From contig NZ_JAYKGW010000121.1 in the NCBI RefSeq assembly GCF_035285525.1, positions 1 through 16,839 on the forward strand: a stretch of 16,839 nt of DNA, given 5' to 3'. A model generated the notes under the pieces. The model was not told the DNA's origin. It did not search any database and worked only from the letters and a program-made list of their open reading frames with translations. The DNA is from Okeania sp. Lineage in GTDB: Bacteria > Cyanobacteriota > Cyanobacteriia > Cyanobacteriales > Microcoleaceae. Positions 13,691-16,839 of this stretch are shown here, in pieces (the first letter of the stretch is position 1; each line of letters starts with the position of its first letter). Both the position numbers and the translations under genes were made by a program.

Positions 13691-14164
13691 TTATATGTCA
13701 TACAATCGCCGAATTAAAGATTTTTGAAATTGATTATTTTGATAGGTTTTTAATTTTTGATGTAAATCAATAGATGGGATACTGGCGGCAATTTCTACAA
13801 TTAATTCTGGCGCAACTTCTACACAGCCATCTTCACTAATTTTTGATTGACCATCCACAGTAATTATCAGTAAAACATCCGCTTTAGGTTCATTTTATCC
13901 ATCAAGACGTACTGTACAATTATTCTCTAGTTGAAGATTAGGAGTAGAGGCTTTATAGAAACCAAGTCATGTTATAATTGAACCCCATGGTTCTCCATGT
14001 TGATTAATTCTTAAAGGTGATGCTATATAAACAATTCCTACAATTAGTTCAACTTTTTTAAGATGAGGCATCTGTTCATAACGCCTTTCAAATTCAATAC
14101 AAGTAAGTTTATCACCATTTTCCAAGGGTGGAATTTTTGTTGATATTAAGGTGCTTTGAGACAT
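13691..14164 (-). pseudogene. Uma2-family (DUF820) endonuclease pseudogene
   Basis: The 65-aa N-terminal ORF ([37 protein letters not shown]) fits Uma2. The sequence continues after a frameshift as GFYKASTPNLQLENNCTVRLDG, then an in-frame TAA, then NEPKADVLLII..DGCVEVAPELIVEIAASIPSIDLHQKLKTYQ. The C-terminus is degenerate. Confidence 0.7.
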
Positions 14165-14394
14165 AGAATTTTTTTAAATTTAGGAGTTTATTGATTGCAT
14201 TTTACAAAAAAATAAAGCTAGTTTACTCAATATTATCTTGAGGAATTAGTAACTCAGGAAGTAAACATCATAACCCTTCTATAATTCCTTATTTTGAATT
14301 TTTGACTAACTGATGTTTTATTCCATGATTATACCAAAGCAGTTAACGATTATTTTGAAAAATTTACACCAGTTTTTATTTGAGCATAAATTAA

Positions 14395-14422
14395 GTAGAA
14401 ACGTTTTATGAAACGTCTCTAC
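14395..14422. repeat. palindromic hairpin GTAGAAACGTTT-TAT-GAAACGTCTCTAC, about 70 nt downstream of cimA
   Basis: About 11-bp stem with one mismatch. It belongs to the GTAGAGACGTT-type palindromes common in Nostocales intergenic DNA. On the minus strand only a weak T-rich tract follows, so a terminator role is uncertain. Confidence 0.4.
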
Positions 14423-14492
14423 AAAATTATGGTTTTGATTGTTTGGTTGATCTGTTTAAAAATTACTATGACTCTGGTTTTTTAATGATCAT

Positions 14493-16088
14493 CTAAACCA
14501 CAGTCACTACAGTTTCTTCACACTGACTTTCCAACATCAAACCATACTCCAAACCTTCAACAACTGCTTGATAAGAAGCATCCAAAATATTATTAGAAAC
14601 TCCCACAGTCGTCCACCGTTGTTGACCATTACTCGATTCTATTAATACCCTGGTTTTCGCAGAAGTACCCGCTTTACCATCCAAAATTCTCACCTTATAA
14701 TCTGTTAAATAAAAATTAGCGATCGCTGGATAAAAATTTTCCAATGCTTTCCTTAAAGCAGCATCCAAAGCGGAAACCGGACCATTGCCTTCCGCTGCTT
14801 CCAGAATATCTTGACCGTTAACAGCAACCTTCACCGTTGCCAGAGAATTAGAAATTTTAGCACTCTCTTTATCCAAATGCACTTGAAAACCCTTAATTTC
14901 AAAGAAATGCTCCCGTTGCTCCAAAGCGGTTCGCATCAATAATTCAAAACTTGCTTCTGCACCCTCAAATTGATATCCCTCATTTTCCAACTCTTTTAAC
15001 TTATCCAAAATTTCCCGACAAGCAGGATTTTGCCGATCTAGCTCAATACCGAAAGTTTGTGCTTTTGCTAACACATTACTTAAACCTGCTTGGTCAGAAA
15101 TCACGATGCGACGACCATTTCCTACCTGTTGCGGTTGAATATGTTCATAGGTTAGAGGATTACGTTGTACTGCCGATACATGAATACCACCTTTATGAGC
15201 AAAAGCAGATAAACCCACAAATGGTGCATGATCGTCAGGAGCAAGATTAACTATTTCACTGATATAGCGACTCGTCTGAGTCAGTTTTTCTAATTCTTGA
15301 GGTTGAATGCAGTCATAACCCAACTTAATTTGCAAATTAGGAATTAAAGTACAAAGGTCAGCATTACCACAACGTTCCCCATAACCATTAATAGTTCCCT
15401 GTACCATCAACGCTCCTTCCATTACTGCTGACAACGCATTAGCAACAGCAGTACCGGAATCATTGTGAGTGTGAATGCCTAACTTGGCATTGGGTAACGC
15501 TTGAGTAACATCGGCGACTATTTGAGTAACTTCGTGAGGAAGAGTGCCACCGTTAGTATCGCAGAGAACTAACCATTCTGCTCCACTATTGTTGGCAGCA
15601 ACTAAAGTTTGTAAAGCGTAGTCGGGATTATTTTTGTAACCATCAAACCAATGTTCGGCATCGTAAATAACCTGACGACCTTGACTGCGGAGAAAAGAGA
15701 TTGTATCTGAAATCATTGCTAGATTTTCTTCGAGAGTAGTTTTCAACCCTTCGGTAACGTGCAAATCCCAAGATTTACCAAAAATTGTCACCCACCGTGT
15801 ACCCGCAGACAAAATAGGTTGGAGAGTTTTGTCAGATGCTGCCTCTTTTCCCGGACGACGGGTAGAACAAAATGCTACCACTTCTGCTTGAGTCAGGGGT
15901 TGCTCTTTGAGATGCCAGAAAAATTGTACGTCTTTAGGATTTGCTCCAGGCCAACCCCCTTCGATAAAGGGAATGCCTAAAGTGTCAAGTTGGTGAGCGA
16001 TGCGTAGTTTATCTTCGAGGGATAGGGAGAGTCCTTCTCGTTGTGCACCGTCACGCAGAGTTGTGTCGTAAATCCAGATTTTTTTCAT
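14493..16088 (-). CDS. cimA: (R)-citramalate synthase (LeuA-related, TIGR00977-type)
   Basis: 531-aa ORF. The N-terminus IWIYDTTLRDGAQREGLSLSLEDKLRIAHQLDTLGIPFIEGGWPGANPKDVQFF is the CimA-type signature (GAQ / GGWPGANPKD) rather than the LeuA type (GEQ / AGFP). HTHND and the C-terminal regulatory-domain region are present. Confidence 0.85.
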   Translation of the reverse strand: MKKIWIYDTTLRDGAQREGLSLSLEDKLRIAHQLDTLGIPFIEGGWPGANPKDVQFFWHLKEQPLTQAEVVAFCSTRRPGKEAASDKTLQPILSAGTRWVTIFGKSWDLHVTEGLKTTLEENLAMISDTISFLRSQGRQVIYDAEHWFDGYKNNPDYALQTLVAANNSGAEWLVLCDTNGGTLPHEVTQIVADVTQALPNAKLGIHTHNDSGTAVANALSAVMEGALMVQGTINGYGERCGNADLCTLIPNLQIKLGYDCIQPQELEKLTQTSRYISEIVNLAPDDHAPFVGLSAFAHKGGIHVSAVQRNPLTYEHIQPQQVGNGRRIVISDQAGLSNVLAKAQTFGIELDRQNPACREILDKLKELENEGYQFEGAEASFELLMRTALEQREHFFEIKGFQVHLDKESAKISNSLATVKVAVNGQDILEAAEGNGPVSALDAALRKALENFYPAIANFYLTDYKVRILDGKAGTSAKTRVLIESSNGQQRWTTVGVSNNILDASYQAVVEGLEYGLMLESQCEETVVTVV

Positions 16089-16164
16089 TATTAATTAGGT
16101 GTTAGATAGTAATATCAAGTCCGTTAGTATAGGCATAATTCTCTGGTTGTAAGGGTTTGGTCTC

Positions 16165-16251
16165 CAATTTATCGGGAACCGTACCCTCTACAAACTAGGA
16201 GTTTGAGCCAATAATGGTAGAACCTTATTATACAATTTATCGGGAACCGTA
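16165..16251. repeat. 19-bp direct repeat CAATTTATCGGGAACCGTA x2, 68 bp apart, upstream of cimA
   Basis: Exact copies lie at 16165-16183 and 16233-16251. An inverted copy of the 16-nt core (ACGGTTCCCGATAAAT) lies at 4085-4100. Confidence 0.85.
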
Positions 16252-16259
16252 GCAAATAG

Positions 16260-16691
16260 TTATTGTCTCTTTCTTTCCTGTTCTCAAAAAACCAGATTGT
16301 TCAACACTTACACCAAGATACTATATATAATATAAAGTTTCAAAACTATTCCACAACAGTTTCAACCATCATATTTATAGTTATTGTCTCTTTCTTTCCT
16401 GTTCTCAAAAAACCAGATTGTTCAACACTTACAGCAAGATACTATATATAATATAAAGTTTCAAAACTATTCCACAATAGTTTCAACCATCATATCTATA
16501 CTTATTGTCTCTTTCTTTCCTGTTCTCAAAAAACCAGATTGTTCAACACTTACAGCAAGATACTATATACAATATAAAGTTTCAAAACTATTCCACAACA
16601 GTTTCAACCATCATATCTATACTTATTGTCTCTTTCTTTCCTGTTCTCAAAAAACCAGATTGTTCAACACTTACAGCAAGATACTATATAT
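16260..16691. repeat. 121-bp tandem repeat array, 3 full units plus a 69-bp partial
   Basis: TTATTGTCTCTTTCTTTCCTGTTCTCAAAAAACCAGATTG... starts at 16260, 16381, 16502 and 16623, an exact 121-bp period. Only a few substitutions separate the units. Confidence 0.95.
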
Positions 16692-16839
16692 AGTCATTCT
16701 GAATAAGAGTGATACAATATAAAGAGTAAAATATAAATCATTTTAAATAATGTCTTACAGTCTAGATTTACGAACAAGAGTCATTGATTATATAGAAAAC
16801 GGAGGAAGTATTTTATCGGCCTCCAGAATCTATAAAGTG
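16692..16839 (+). mobile_element. left end of an IS630-family insertion sequence (boundary approximate), continuing beyond the window
   Basis: The tandem-repeat consensus breaks at ...GATACTATATA|TAGTCATTCTG. The transposase ATG follows 58 bp later. The exact IS end is inferred, not demonstrated. Confidence 0.5.
16750..16839 (+). CDS. IS630-family transposase, N-terminal 30 codons (partial)
   Basis: MSYSLDLRTRVIDYIENGGSILSASRIYKV matches the characteristic IS630/Tc1-type N-terminal HTH (M.YSLDLR.KV.DYIENGGS..KA...F). The frame is open to the window edge. Confidence 0.75.
   Translation, partial: MSYSLDLRTRVIDYIENGGSILSASRIYKV

Noticed and set aside
14951-15980. 99-aa and 73-aa plus-strand ORFs
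   Set aside because: They are antisense to the well-supported cimA coding region.
16260-16691. Possible CRISPR array, or protein-coding ORFs (62-aa x3 and 112-aa ORFs at 16263-16722)
   Set aside because: Whole 121-bp units are repeated nearly identically, so there is no repeat/spacer alternation. The ORFs are the same low-complexity frame re-read in each unit (MSLSFLFSKNQIVQHL...) with no protein-like features.
16260-16691. Identity with the NsiR1 sRNA tandem array
   Set aside because: Only the tandem-array architecture is analogous. I see no TCCGGA (DIF1) box, no terminator hairpin with U-run, and hetF is not visible in the window. It is kept only as a precedent, not as a call.

Overview
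This is a repeat-saturated chromosomal segment that looks like a filamentous, Nostocales-type cyanobacterium. It carries many HIP1 octamers (GCGATCGC), STRR-like 7-8 bp microsatellites and numerous small inverted-repeat (MITE-like) elements. The coding content, left to right: (1) An NtcA-like Crp/FNR regulator on the minus strand. (2) A divergently transcribed ArgRS-derived protein that keeps the ArgRS N-domain and the DALR anticodon-binding domain but lacks the catalytic core. (3) A 1.45-kb gene-free repeat mosaic. (4) A 1288-aa acidic protein without a signal peptide, built from 6 PPC-type domains plus 5 cadherin-like 'tandem-95' repeats (minus strand). (5) A divergent 947-aa RTX (type I secretion-type) protein with a degenerate zincin-like N-domain and 4 PPC-like repeats. 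(6) A decayed toxin-antitoxin and nuclease cluster: an intact UPF0175 antitoxin with a frameshifted DUF3368/PIN partner, a HicB-like ORF with no start codon, a MITE-disrupted UPF0175 paralogue and a Uma2 pseudogene. (7) Citramalate synthase (cimA, minus strand). (8) A 121-bp x 3.6 tandem array that ends at the start of an IS630-family transposase running off the window. I do not see a complete, self-evident novel multi-gene system. The leads most worth follow-up are the divergent pair of PPC-array exoproteins with a repeat-structured shared control region, the core-less ArgRS paralogue paired with the NtcA-like regulator behind mirrored leader elements, and the unexplained 121-bp tandem array. 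All homology statements come from reading motifs by eye; no searches were run.
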